Positions 1 through 13,900 of a DNA stretch of 64,000 nucleotides are shown here, one piece after another. Source of the DNA: Octopus sinensis (taxonomy: Eukaryota); assembly GCF_006345805.1 (NCBI RefSeq), contig NC_043013.1, positions 27,342,001 to 27,406,000 of the forward strand, written 5' to 3'. Under the pieces are notes generated by a model. It was not told where the DNA came from and searched no databases. It saw nothing but the letters and a program-made list of their open reading frames with translations. Position 1 is the stretch's first letter; every line of letters starts with the position of its first letter. The translations under genes were made by a program, and so were the position numbers.

Positions 1-450
1 TTAAGGAATATGGGTTTTGTGAAGAAAAAAAATATATATATTGAGATTCTCAGATCAGTTGCTTTTTTTTTTTTTTTTTCCTGTTCATTTTGTAAACATA
101 TGTATACATAACAACACATACACTCCATGCTTCCTCCCTCCCTCTCTGTTCTTCTCCCACACCACCACCACCACCCCTTCCATTCATCTATTCCAGTCTT
201 GTACATTGTATTCTTCTGATGTGAGGATCTGCTAGAAAGACTGCAGCAGCTAATTGACTACACAGCTGCTTCTTATGGGAATGGTCTTTTTAATTAAAAC
301 AGATCATCGTTATAGTAATTGTGATCAGTGGCTCTTTATATATAGTACAGCATTACACAACTCACTGACCAAATAAAAGTGCTGAATCTGGTTGAAGGTT
401 TTGTTTTGTTTCTTTTATTTCTATATGTATCTGTGTGTATTTATATGTGT

Positions 451-820
451 GGAGATGCAATGGCCCAGTGGTTAGGGCAGCGGACTCATGGTCGTGGGAT
501 CGCAGTTTCGATTCCCAGACTGGGCATTGAGAGCAAAAACACCTAAAGCTCTACGACACTCCGGCAGGGGGGTGGTGGCGAACCCTACTGTACTCTTTCA
601 CCACAACTTTCTTTCACTCTTTCTTCCTGTTTCTGTTGTATCTGTATTTCAAAGGGCCAGCCTTGTCACACTCTGTGTAACACTGAATCTCCCCAAGAAC
701 AACATTAAGGGTACACATGTCTGTGGAATGCTCAGCCGCTTGCACATTAATATCATGAGCAGGCTGTTCCGTTGATCGGATCAACTGGAACCCTCGTCGT
801 CGTAATTAACAGAGTGCTAC
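451..820 (+). mobile_element. tRNA-derived SINE (family A)
   Basis: A box TGGCCCAGTGG, B box GTTTCGATTCC, flanking duplication atttatatgt. Related copy on the minus strand at about 3838-4190; similar head at about 46243. Confidence 0.75.
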
Positions 821-2377
821 GATTTATATGTATTTATATGAATGTGTGTGTGTGTATATAGAAAATGGAGAGTTTGAATACAGCAAGATCACCTTGTTTA
901 CATAACGCCTACGCTCGTTTCAATATCCACCTTCATTTATTTTACAATTAGCAATTGCATTATGAGTTCAGAAGGCAGAAATTTCTTCAGGGCCAAAATC
1001 GATCTATTTCTCTTTATATACTCTTAGATTGAGTATTCATTATCGACTAAGGTAGCAGCCTCTATGAGCGTGTGTATGTCAGCCTGGTTGTCTTTGGAGT
1101 TCTGTTCTAAAAAATAACCAAAATTTAAATTGACAGTTACGTAAATAAATTGATTTTGCTGTATTCAAACTCTCTATTTTCTTTATATTATACTTCTAAA
1201 TTTATGTACACGTGTGGAATCAGATGGAAACGTCTATAGGAACTACTGTACCTCCATGTTGTGTATAGTACTGGTGTCTATTAAATACTAATGCAGAAAG
1301 ACAAATTCCAGTAAATTCACAGATATATGGATAAACCAGAAGCTTGGATGTAAGATACCCCTGGAAAGAGCAACCTCTTTCTTTACAAAACCTTATATAT
1401 ATATATATAGAGAGAGAGAGATGCATATGCTGTGTGCTTATTTATATTTTTTTATCTTTTACTTGTTTCAATCATTAGACTACGTCCATGCTGGGGCACA
1501 ATGTTGATGATGATTTATTACTTCTTAAATGGAGCTCAAAGAAGTTACTGTATTTTAAACCTGTTTATAATTTGCCATTCACCACTGCTGTGTGGCTAGG
1601 GCTAACCAAAGCCTTGGGAGAGGATTCAGTAGATGGAATCTTGAAGCTCATCGTATAAAAACATGTCTCCTTGTTTTGAAATTATATGATAGTTGTAAAT
1701 GAGTGTCACTGTCATACAAGCAGTGTCGTTCATTTCCAATATTCTGTGAAAACATGTCTGGTCATGAGGAAACAGATGGGGATGGGTGACAGGAAGGACA
1801 TCTGATCACAGAAAATCTGCTTTAATATAAACACCCTCCAGCCAATATAAGCTTGGGAAAGTGGACGTTAAAAGCAGTGAAACTGGAGTTTACGGCTGGA
1901 GAATTAGCAGTTTTGAGTCTTGAATAGAATTTGTTCCACAACTCCGTACTGCAAGTTCAAATCCTACTGGGTCAACTTTACCCTTTTGGAGTCAATAAAA
2001 AAACATAATAATCTAAGGCAATGGATTTGCAGAATCCTTAGACTGTCAAGAGAGAATGTCTTACAGTATGTTTTGGTGCATTCTACTGCAGTGACGAAGG
2101 TAGAATCCACCATTTTGGGCTGCCTTGTAAAGAGTCTATTACATGATCCGAGTGAGAAGGGTGTAATGTCACCTTCTCCCAACCCATTTTATTTACAGAT
2201 CTTACAGCTAAGAACAGATTTTTGTTGTAGCATAAATAATAGGAGTGGGACTTGGTTTCCTTCGATCAGACCAATGGAGCAAGCAGAGTTATGTACCTTG
2301 TTCAGCACACCAAGATGTCACTTTTTTAAGTTTATCTCTACAGATTTTTTAGAGCCACACTAAAAGTTATGTCATTT

Positions 2378-2770
2378 CAGGCGTACGAGTGGCTGTGTGG
2401 TAAGTAGCTTGCTTACGAACTGCATAGTTCCAGGTTCAGTCCCACTGTGTGGCACCTTGGGCAAGTGTCTTCTACTATAGCCTCGGGCCGACCAATGCCT
2501 TGTGAGTGGATTTGGTAGACAGAAACTGAAAAAGGCCCATCGTATATGTGTATGTATATGTTTGTGTGTCTGTGTTTGTTCCCCCAACATCGCTTGACAA
2601 CCGATGCTGGTGTGTTTATGTCCCTGTTACTTAGCGGTTCGGCAAAAGAGACCGATAAAATAAGTACTAGGCTTAGAAAGAATAAGTCCCGGGGTCGATT
2701 TGCTCAACTAAAGGCGGTGCTCCAGCATGGCCACAGTCAAATGACTGAAACAAGTAAAAGAGTAAAGAGT
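2378..2770 (+). mobile_element. tRNA-derived CORE-type SINE (family B), near full length; representative copy
   Basis: Head tggctgtgtggtaag...ggttcagtccc, CORE-like ccttgggcaagtg, tail gactgaaacaagtaaaag. Other approximate copies: 7466-7630, 10730-11080(-), 15300-15510(-), 20290-20455(-), 21120-21440(-), 24877-25260, 25615-25725, 26670-26825, 30423-30790, 33180-33552(-), 43955-44075(-). Confidence 0.85.
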
Positions 2771-3988
2771 ATGTAAATAATGTGATCGAAGACACAGAAA
2801 ATAGTGGGTGTCTATGCGTATTTCAAGAGTCCTTATTGCTTCTGCACATCCAACCCATTAACCATCGCAGAACACATTACTGAAATTTTCTATAGAATTT
2901 AGAGCCAGGGCTGAACATTACATTTCATATTCGAATATGTCTATGTGATTCTATGACACACCTAACACAGAAGTAGGACACAGCATTGACTTATAAAACA
3001 TACATGGTTGTATATATTATGATGTCACTACCAGCAAAGTGCTACATACACACCACAATATCTGCATTAAGGTTTGAATTTATGAGAAGGGGTGCGTATT
3101 ATACACAAGGTTTAGGTTTATCAGAGGTACAACCCCGTAAAAATTCCCTGTGTATTGTACTCAAGGGCAGACTATACTCAAGGATTTACGGTAATCAGGT
3201 TAAACCAAATTTCAAATTGCTATGAAGTTGACTTTATAAAAAATATATTATTTAAAAGTTCTTGCAAAAAATGCCAGATGCAGTCACAATATTTAAAGGA
3301 AATGTTTGTCATTTATAGAGAAATTATTAGTTTTAAATCTCTGGACAAGAAACATGCAGCAACAGTACAATAAAGTTTATTTGCCAACATAAAGTGGCAG
3401 TCTTGGTCAGGACCTATGTTGCTGTTATTTAGCCCCAAAAAACATCGTCTCCAGCTGGCTGTCAATGCACTAACTATATTTTTTAAATAGTTATTAACTA
3501 TTGCAAAAAATATTTAAAAGAAATGTTTGTTAAAAGTTATTAACCATTTTAAAAATATAAAAAGAAAAAAGACATACCTTTGGAAAGCAATGTGTGAGAG
3601 CTTTCATTGTTCAACTTTTCAAACGTGTTATGAGCTAATCCAAAGAGAGGAAGTCTTTAGTATTTGAACTGAGGAAATGCTAGTGAGCATTTTTGTTCAG
3701 GGTAGTAACAATGCTGCCATATTCTGTCAGAGCCATGCCAAAGTAGAATTAACAGATGAAGGTGGTGAACGAATATGTCAACAAGCATAACGAGTCAGAA
3801 GTGCAAAACTGACAAAAGTCATTATATTTAGCTGGGATTCGGTCAGGGACGACGATGAGGGTTCCAGTTGATTCGATCAGCAGAACAAGCCTGTTTGTGA
3901 AATTAATATGCAGGTGGCTGAACACTCCACAGACACATGTACCCTTAACATAGTTATCAGAGAAAGGATTCAGCATGACACATAGTTA

Positions 3989-4658
3989 TCAGGGAAGGGA
4001 TTCAGCATGACGCAGAGTGTGACAAAACTGGCCCTTATTGAATTACTGGTATTATTCATTTTTGCCAGCTGAGTGGACTGGAACAATATGAAATAAAATG
4101 TCTTGCTCAAGGACACTGCACCACTGGGAATTGAACCCATGACCTTAAGATTGTGAGTTGAATGCCCTAACCCCCTAAGCCATGCACCATCACTTCATTA
4201 TATTGGGTCACCCTATAAATAATGCAGTATTTTATACCCATTGACCCAATTTTCTGACTTTTCCAATGGCAAGGTGTCGATGAATGGTTGAATGACCAAA
4301 TCCAAGCTTCTCTACTAGTTCCTCAGGGAAGGGATTCAGCATGACGCAGAGTGTGACAAAACTGGCCCTTATTGAATTACTGGTATTATTCATTTTTGCC
4401 AGCTGAGTGGACTGGAACAATATGAAATAAAATGTCTTGCTCAAGGACACTGCACCACTGGGAATTGAACCCATGACCTTAAGATTGTGAGTTGAATGCC
4501 CTAACCCCCTAAGCCATGCACCATCACTTCATTATATTGGGTCACCCTATAAATAATGCAGTATTTTATATCCATTGACCCAATTTTCTGACTTTTCCAA
4601 TGGCAAGGTGTCGATGAATGGTTGAATGACCAAATCCAAGCTTCTCTACTAGTTCCTC
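3989..4658. repeat. 334-bp near-perfect tandem duplication
   Basis: 3989-4324 is repeated at 4323-4658 with one mismatch seen (tataccca/tatatcca). Confidence 0.9.
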
Positions 4659-5079
4659 AACAGTTACAATGGGATTTTGTTCCACCAGAGTTTGCAGGAC
4701 GTCCTTGTCAAACCCTACAGATCAGATCTTCCAGAATGAGGCTCATCTTCTAGGCTGTAGTTTCCATCTCAGAATTTCTAGAACCACTGTTGACATTGTC
4801 TTACGCTTATTGACCACCTCCATATACTGCATTACTATTGTGAGGAATATTAATGAACTTATAAAGCAAAATATGTTGAATATACTCCTTTGTCACTTCC
4901 ATTATAGCTTTGAAAAAATAACTTAAAATCAAACTGCACTCTTCAAAACTTGCATTAAGAATAAAGACAAGGTAAAATTACTACCTGCTTTTATAGCAGG
5001 TTGATGCAGGTAGTTTATCCCATACCCCTCCAACTTTTCATGCAATTGGAAAAACCGCATTATTTACGGGATGACCCAT
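4537..5079 (-). mobile_element. Internally deleted mariner-like element (left end also duplicated at about 4203-4324)
   Basis: Imperfect TIRs ttgggtcaccctataaataatgcagt / accgcattatttacgggatgaccca. HTH plus start of the WVPHEL motif: EELVEKLGFGHSTIHRHLAIGKVRKLGQW. Confidence 0.7.
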
Positions 5080-5698
5080 GGTAAAAGTATATAACTCTGC
5101 TTGCTTTAATCAACTAGACTGGTTTCAATCATGATTGAAAGCTCAACAGCTTGAGCAATAATAATATTCACACAAATAAAAGTTAACATGGAAAACAAAG
5201 ATTGATGAAAAAATAATATTTTACTTGCATTAAAAACTGTATATATTTATCCTGATGATGACTGGTGTAATAATATAGAAGTGGGCAACCCCTTTTCTGA
5301 TCTGTGGGCAATTGGCACTTGTTGACTTTAGGGAGTAGGAACTGGCTATTCCTGCACAAGGGCATTATTGGGTCAAAGGGACACTGCAATTACAACAGGG
5401 AGTCAAACCAGACTTGATTTGCTGAAAACTTTATAAAAACAGCCTCCCTAAACAGAATGGGTTAAAAAAAAAAAAGACTAAAGTGCAATAGATAAAATCC
5501 ATTACAAAAATATTCAATTGATACCCAGTCGCTGATGTGCATATGTGTGGGGGGAGCGGTGAATGTATATAAATATATGTAAATATAAACATACCTTTTA
5601 AGTTGAAACTAGCCATATCCAGCTCATTACAACCACCTTACAATGTCATTCTAGCAACCACATCAAAATCTCAAAGCTATGAGATCATGCATGATTAA

Positions 5699-5930
5699 CC
5701 CTCTAGCATTTAAACCAACCAAATACTGCCTAAATATTCTTGTTTTACATTCAGTCTGGTCAGATCCAGCCTTTCACACCTACTCAACAATGTTATTCTA
5801 AAAATAAACTATCACATCATTGAAATCTTGAAGCTACAAGAGCCAATGCATGATTAATGCAAAAATATGTAAATAATGTCTGTGTATAAATAAGCATTAC
5901 ATTTGACAGAATAATCTGAACATCAAAGGG
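5699..5930. mobile_element. TTAA-flanked piggyBac-type MITE
   Basis: TTAA|CCCT...AGGG|TTAA. Homologous copies at about 61091-61311, with partial copies at about 5590-5698, 40605-40720 and 41397-41505. Confidence 0.7.
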
Positions 5931-7009
5931 TTAAATCACATAATCATTATTTAATGTCCATTTTCCATTCTGGCATAAGTTGGATGGTTTGACCAGAGCT
6001 GAAGAGTGAGAAGATTGCACCAGGACTAACTGCTTTGGCATGTTTTTTACAGCTGGATGCCTTTCCTAACACCAACCACCTTGCAGAGTTACTGGGTGCT
6101 TTTTTTCACACGGCACAAACACCGGCGAGGTTTACTTTGGCATGGTTTTTGCTACTGAATGGTCTTCTAAACTTCAACCATTTTGCAGAGTGGTCTGTGA
6201 ATAAGAAAAAGTATAATGTTTGACCAAGTAGTCTAAATGCTAAAGGGTTTTTAATACTCTGGAAAGTGAAACTAAAGAGAGATCTATGAAGACAGCTTTG
6301 AATAAAAATCACAACTCTACAAAGCACAGGTAAGGTCCACAATGTATTAATGCTCCCACATCTGAGCTGGTGCTGCTGTTGCTGCACATGCAGATATCTT
6401 AGACTGCATCCAACATTCTGAACTCTACATTTTCTTAAATTTATGTAGCTCAGGGATGTTAAGTCGCAGACCTTTCCAATAAACTTTTGTATAATAGACT
6501 TGTTTTCCATTAATATTGGCCTCACATTTGCTTCATACAACAGAAGCGGGATTAATCACACTGGCTTTTACAGGTTTTAGTGATTCACAAAATGATTAAG
6601 TTCAATCTCAACTACCTGAGCACAAAAACATGCTATGGTCAGCTTTCCTTTTTCCCTACCTCTGGTATCAATAACATAAGACCCACTATATTGCAGTTGG
6701 ATTTTAACCTTTCAACTGTGAAATTAAATTTCATGGTTATTCCAGTAACGATGTTAAATATCTTGCCAAAAAATAGAATTGGTATTTTCTGCAAGTCACA
6801 TTGCCTCAGCTAACTTGAGATATCTCAACAGAAAATAGTTCCAAAAGATAAATTGGTGTATAAAAGTGCTTTCCACTGTTAGGAGTAATGAAATTCTGAT
6901 TGGATAGATCTTGATTTCTGCAATAAAACGGTAAATTTAGTGTAGCCAACCCCTGCAAATATTGTCCTTGGGCTGCGAAATCAAAATTGATCAAAATAAA
7001 TTAAATTGT

Positions 7010-7015
7010 TTTATT
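7010..7015 (-). terminator. Candidate polyadenylation signal AATAAA of MTPAP
   Basis: tttatt on the plus strand, about 28 nt downstream of the MTPAP stop. Motif only. Confidence 0.45.
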
Positions 7016-7042
7016 TACAGGTAAAAATAAAAAGAAGAAAAA

Positions 7043-7353
7043 TCATCTGTATAAGTCGTGGACATTGAACTTTTTCTTTAAGACTCTTTTAGAGTCTTCA
7101 GTCAGAAATATATTGACTAGAGACATTCCAGAGTTGTTCAGATGCCACAATGTCGTTTTGAAGGTTTCAGTCAGTTTCATCATCTCTCTGCTGCTGACAT
7201 TTTTGGCAATGTTCAATTCTATGTCTAATGGGTTTTCTATGTATAATGCTGAATAGTCTGGTTTTAGAAAACATTTTCCGTGCAATGGGGACAAAGCATG
7301 TTCTTTAAAGTCAAACACAGAATAGAAGTTGAAGAATTCTATCAACAGATCAC
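7043..7353 (-). CDS. MTPAP: MTPAP exon 7 (PAP-associated domain to stop TGA)
   Basis: ttttcag acceptor; [15 protein letters not shown]...[18 protein letters not shown]; stop at 7043-7045. Confidence 0.9.
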
Positions 7354-10300
7354 CTGAAAATATAAAACAGAATTGTTTAATATTTGTTTCAATGAGAAAG
7401 ATGTCAAATGAATTCATATTGAGGGAACAAACTGATATTATCAACAGTTCAGACATATTTAATGAAGGCATGGCTGTGTAGTTGAGCAGTCTTATTTGCA
7501 ACCATGTGATTTCAGGTTCAATCCCACTGCATGGTACCTTAGGCAAGTAGTGTCTTCCACAACAACACCAAGCTAACCAAATCATTAGTGGATTTGGTAG
7601 ATGGAGACTGCGTGGAAGCCTGTCGGGGTGTGTGAGTGTCTAATCTTTTATCCTTTTTGTCATTGGACTGCAGCCATGTTGGAGCACTGACTTGAAGAAT
7701 TTTGTCAATCAAATCAAACACAGAACTTTCTTTTTTTTGTCTGAAGTCTAGAACTTATTCTATCAGTTTCTTTTGCTGAAACACTAAGTTACAAGGGTCA
7801 TAAACAAACCAACAGCAGTTACTGGACATAGAAACAGCATAAACAACACCAATTATAAACACACACAAGCATAGAGTTTCCATTTGCTGAAATCCAGTTG
7901 CAAAGCATTGGTCAACCTTAGACTCTGCTCTGCAAGGGACACTTTCTCAAAAGATGCTTTGCAATGGAACTGAGCCCTTAGATTTACACTGAAATTGAAA
8001 CTGTGGAGATCCCAGATAACTGAGTAGGAAATGAACTGTAGAAGCGGTCAAGATATCATCATCTTCATTTAATGTCTGTGGTCCATGCTGGTATGGGCTG
8101 GATGGTCTGACCAAAGCTGGCAAACTTGAAGGCTGCACCAGACTCCAGTCTGATTTGACATGGTTTCTACAGCTGGTTGCCTTTCTTAGTACCAACCACT
8201 TTACAGAATGTGCAAAGTGCTTTTACATGGCACTGCCAAGAGTGCTTTACACAACCAGAAGGATTGGTCTTCTGCTGTCTTGAGTATGACCAAGTGCCAG
8301 ATATCTTGGTCCTTTGTCCTCTCGCCTGAAAGGTTCAGTTTCCTGAGGTTATTCTTCAGTACTTCATCCTATGTCTCCCTGGGTTTCCCACTTCCACGTG
8401 TTTCATCCACCTTGAGAGACCAGCACCTTTTTATGGAGCTGTCGGCATCCATCCGCATCACCTGACCAAACCAGCGCAGTCTCCTCCTCTCTTGAAAATA
8501 TCCAAATCCAGATAAAAGCACCCCATGGTGTTCATAGAACAGTATTTCAACTTTCTGACTTCAGAAGTAGGAAGACTGTAAAATTGTTGAGTATTTCACT
8601 AGATTTCAGAACTGAGTTCTGATTCTGTGAATCTAGAAAAGAAGCCCACTTTGGTACTGTTATCTTGGCTCATCTTTGATTCTGTGTATGGACTGTGCAT
8701 GAAACATCATATGCAGTTCATCTATCCATCCCTTAGTAAAAGAATCTTGTTCAGCAATGACAGACAACCATGATAAATTCAATTGTTGATGTTACTGTTT
8801 CAATAAATATCATCTAATAAGCCCTCTACCCACAAAAATAACTCCATTTTATAGGAATATTTCACACAATAAATCTGTAGAATCACATCTTCAGTGTACA
8901 TTCTATAGAGAAGCATGAAAATGCTGATCTTACCTACTAAGGTTTCATCATCATCAATGGTTACATCTGTAGGCTGTGCATTTTCTTCAGCTAAAAAACA
9001 GAAAAGAATACAAGCGTCAACATAAAATCTATCAGTGTTTTGTTGGAGTGTTTCTGATATTTTATTCTGTGTCATAACTTACATCCAAGAAATGAGGAGA
9101 TGTTTACTAGCATGTATTTTGTTTTTAATGTCATGTAGCCTTAAGAGAGAAGGCCTCTGAAACAACTTGTAGAAAGCAGTAATCCTCAGATCAAAGACCT
9201 GCCCCCTCCCCCAAACAAATACTTGCAACATGATGGACTCAACTAAAGGCAACCAAGGACCAGGTGATGGTTCAAGTCAGGTGGTTAGACTGACTATACC
9301 AGCCTAGAGCAAAGAAAGTAATTCTAACAGGCTTCCATATAGTGTTTTTTAAACTTCATTCACAAAGCTATCTAAACAGCATAGTTTTATATATTTTACT
9401 AGGGAGGTACAGGTTCAGAGAGACCAATTCATCCATCATCTCCACCCACAATTCCTAGGAGGATCATAGGAGGGTAGAATCCTCAGGTACATCCTCTAAA
9501 GCAGTGGTTCCCAAACTTTTTCAGGCTACCACCCACTTGATACCCAGGCCACATTCTTAGCAACCCCATCCCAACTAACCATCACAAACATAGACCTTTC
9601 TGAAGCAAATTCAGAGCAACTGTATTTCACAAATAAAACTTAACTTAACGAACCCATTATTTTGTTGTTTTTACATGCATCACCACCCTGTTATTGCCCC
9701 ACTTTTTACATGAATTGCTACCCCCATTATGGCCCCACTTTTCTTCAACCCCCCCCCCCTTGGAACTTTCCACCACTCCCAGAAAAGCAATACCATCCAC
9801 TCTGGTAACCACTGCTGTAAAGGGTCCTATCAGAAGTAACCATCATTATATCTTTCTGCCAGATTCCCAAGCTTGACCAACTGAAGCTATGGACAGCATC
9901 CACCCATCCCATTATTGGTCTACCCCTAAGCCTCCTGCCAGTTGCTTCGGCTTCAATAATCTGTCTTGCAATTCTTTCCTGCAACAATCTCATCACATAT
10001 CCATAGGACTGGAATCATGATCTCTCAATGCAGAGAAGTAGTGGTTTGACCTGGACAGACTCCCTGAGCTCCAAGTTATGCACCCTCTCCACTAATGCTA
10101 CTTCAAACCATCTTTCAGAGGAGACCCCATTTCAGTTGCTTGCATTTGTGATCATACTCTTTCAGTCTTGCTAGGTGGTCAGATTTTCACACTTTATTCT
10201 TCATATATTCTTTATAGAGTTTATATATATATATATATAAGCACGAATTTAATAATTAAAATAAATTTAATTCTATCTTCAAAACTACTTTTACGAGGAA

Positions 10301-10874
10301 TTCATATAATTAAAAACGTTCAGCTTCCTGTTTCTACAGCCACTGCAAACTCGACCGTATCATCTGATAATTATCTCCCTTGTATAATGATAGTCCCATG
10401 ATGGTTCTTAAGAGAGATAATTCTTTCATCAAATCAACTTATCAGAAATTATACAAAACTGATCTCATCTTATCGCCTTAAAGTTGACATTTCCTCGGTT
10501 TAATAAATATTTAAAAAATAAGTAGTATAAGTTAAAGTCTTCAAATCTAAGGTAAACTCAAGGAAAAGTCACAATCATCTTCATTGCTTATTTATAAGGA
10601 CTGCAGTATAGCAAATCTCCATTCCTCTTGGAGATATAATCTCGTCTGTGATGTCAACCAGCTCGAGATTTCCCCACCTCCCACTACTTTTTGTCTATAT
10701 CTTTAGACTTCTTCTGCTATATTACAGGGATGTAAACACACCAACATCGGTTATCAAGCGATGGGGGGCACAAACATAGACACACATATACACACACATA
10801 CACATATATACATATATATATATATATCATCATCATCATCGTTTAATGTCTGCTTTCCATGCTAGCATGGGTTG

Positions 10875-10919
<45 letters not shown>

Positions 10920-13900
10920 ATAGGCTTGTTTCAGTTTCCATCTACCAAATTCACTCACAAGGCTTTGGTCGGCCTGAGGCTATAGTAGAAAACACCTGCC
11001 CAAGGTGACACGCAGTGGGACTGAACCCGGAACCATGTGGTTAGGAACCAAGCTTCTTACTACACAGCCACTCTGGTGCCTGTGTGTGTGTGTACATATA
11101 TATATATACATGCTTGCATATGTTTGATGAATCTGTTAAGGCAGATTTCCTATGCCCAGATGCCTTTACGCAGTGTGTGTGTATTTGTCTCCATAAGTCT
11201 TTGCACTGGCAGAGGTGACATGATTTATGTCTTCCGTAAATAAAATGACCAGCAGCATTTTGACAAGCAGAAATGTGGAATAAAGTGTCTTAGTTGGAAA
11301 AAAAATAACGGTCAGCATCAAGGACATTCAGCAGAGAGAATGAAAGTTTTCTTGAAACAATGCCAACCCGGAAAAGTGGACATAAAACAATGACGCTGAT
11401 GATGATGGTGATGATGATGAAAGAACATTAGAAAGTAATGTGACATCTTACCGTTCAAAATGGATGAAAAAGATGGAAGGATCGGTTTTGCCCGAAGCTG
11501 TAGGAAGCAAATGACCAATAAAGACAGCATAAAGTTACTCAACCATGGCCCTGGGTGTTGGTGGCTGATGTTGTTTACTTTGGCCCAGTGTCGGACGGTG
11601 AAGATCAATGGACACACACGTCGGTCCATCACACCCAGCATGTACATTACATTAGACATAGTTACACCAGAACTGGAAAACAAAAAAATAAACAAACACA
11701 TACAGTGATCCCTCAAAAATATTCGGAACAACTTTAAAAAAAAAAATAAACAGAAAAAATATATACTTTAGATAGATTTTTTTATGGTTATCTCTACAGA
11801 TTTCCAGTAGAAATTAAAGTCAGCACTGATCTGCTATGTTTTGTAAACATTGTAACAATTCAGTGCCGGCTATGATTTCTACAGAAAATTCTTCCTTTAA
11901 CATCCATTTTCCATGCTGGCTTGGATTGGACAATTTAAACAGAGCTGGGAAGCTGCACCAGGTTCCAGTTTAATTTACTTGGTTTCTATGGCTGGATACC
12001 CTTCCTAATGCCAATCACTTTACAGAGTGTGCTGGGTGCTTTTTACATGTCCCCAGCATGAGTGCTTTTTACACGACATTGGCACAGGACTCTTAAAGGT
12101 CAATCCTCTTCACCAGGGGATGCGGCCTTAACACTTTCGCCATGGAGGACGGGTCAGTGATTTAATAGCACTGCTAACACAGTGGGACACAGAATTGACT
12201 TATAAAGCCTCTAATATACTCGGTAGAATATTATGGTTGCACAACAAAATACAGTGTTCCTACAAGTAATTACTACTTTAAATAGAGTACATGCATGGCA
12301 GTGGGGTTAACCCACAGCTCTGATCAAAAGGTGTTCCAGCAATACGAACAAACTTCCACAACAATTCTAATGCTAAGTAATCAAAAATTTGCAGAATGAT
12401 ATTACCAATGTTGTCAAAAGTGAATGTTAAAAAGAAAGAAAAGAAAACGAGCTTACGTGTCCTGTAGAGATAAATCACATTCTATATCACAAGCTTCATG
12501 GTAGAACTTAATAATTGGAACACGTGCTCTTAATATTGGATTAATCCTAACACATGAAGGGATAAAATTCTCAATCATTTCAGCAAAAACCTTGAGATTC
12601 CGACAAGAGAAACTACGTTCTTCTTCATCATGCTTCAATTTGGTTAAAAACTTTAATCTGTTGTTTGTTTTCTCCTGAAATGAACAAAACGAAAGTTTTA
12701 CTTTCCATTATATTTTATGGGATAAAGGATCATGACTCTTCATCATCATTTAACATCTGTTTTCCATGCTGGCATGGGTTGGACAGTTTGACAAGAGCCA
12801 GCAAGCTGAAGGATTGGACCAGGTACCAGTCATCTGTTTTGGTATGGTTTCTACAACTGGATGCCATTTCTATAGCCAACCACTTTTCAGAGTGTACTGA
12901 GTGCTTTATACATGGCACCAGTACAGGTGCTAAAAAGTTATTTTTAAACCCACATTTTTCTTTGAATTTTCACCACAGGTTGCCAGTGCCACCTGACTGG
13001 CTACCATGTCAGTGACACATAAAAAACATCATCCAAGCGTTACCAATGCCAGTACTGCCTGACCTGCCCTTGTGCCAGTGGCTCATAAAAAGCACCCACT
13101 ACACTCTTGGAGTGGTTGGCATTAGGAAGGGCATCCAGCTGTAGAAACATTGCTAGATGAGATTGGAGCCTGGTGCAGCCTTCTGGCTTGCCAGCCCTCA
13201 GTCAAACCATCCAACCCATGCCAGCATGGCAAGCAGACATTAAACGATGATGATGATGATGGCGATGCCCAAATTTTTTAATGTGTTTAATCCCATTTTT
13301 TACTGAAAGATTCTGTTCAAAATGTTAGACTTCATCACCTCACAGCAAAATAATTTATTCCACTTAGTGAACGTTTCCTAGTTACTATTTACCTAACAGA
13401 TGTAGGTGGATAATTAGCAGATCATCTGGAAATGTTACCTATGAGAGGCTGAGGTACCATCCATGGAAAGACTTAGCTCTCACCTGATATTTATACCCAT
13501 ATAAGTAAAATTAAAAATCAATATATTTCAATGTATCATCATCATCCTCGTTTAACATCCGTTTTCCATGCTGGCATGGGTTGGACGGTTCGATTGGGGT
13601 CTGGGAAGCCAGGAGGCTGCACCAGGCTTCAGTCTGATCTAGCAATGTTTCTGCAGCTGGATGCCCTTCCTAACGCCAACTACTCCAAGAGTGCAGTGGG
13701 TGCTTTTTATGTGCAACCGACACAGGGCCCCATTCGGATGGTGCTTTTTACCTGCCACCGGCACGGGGATCACAACTACAATTATGAATAAAAATGTCCA
13801 TCTCTTAAAAGCATCTTCATCTCTAAATGAAGAATTTAATTTGTAGAAAAATTAGTTTGAGAAACAAGATATATTTTGGGTTTTGATAATATAGAAGTTA

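Noticed and set aside
196-300. Possible terminal exon of a plus-strand gene at the window start
   Set aside because: An acceptor-like site is present, but all frames stop quickly and no homology is recognisable.
451-530. tRNA gene
   Set aside because: The A and B boxes belong to a SINE head that continues into a repeat body; no intact cloverleaf is evident.
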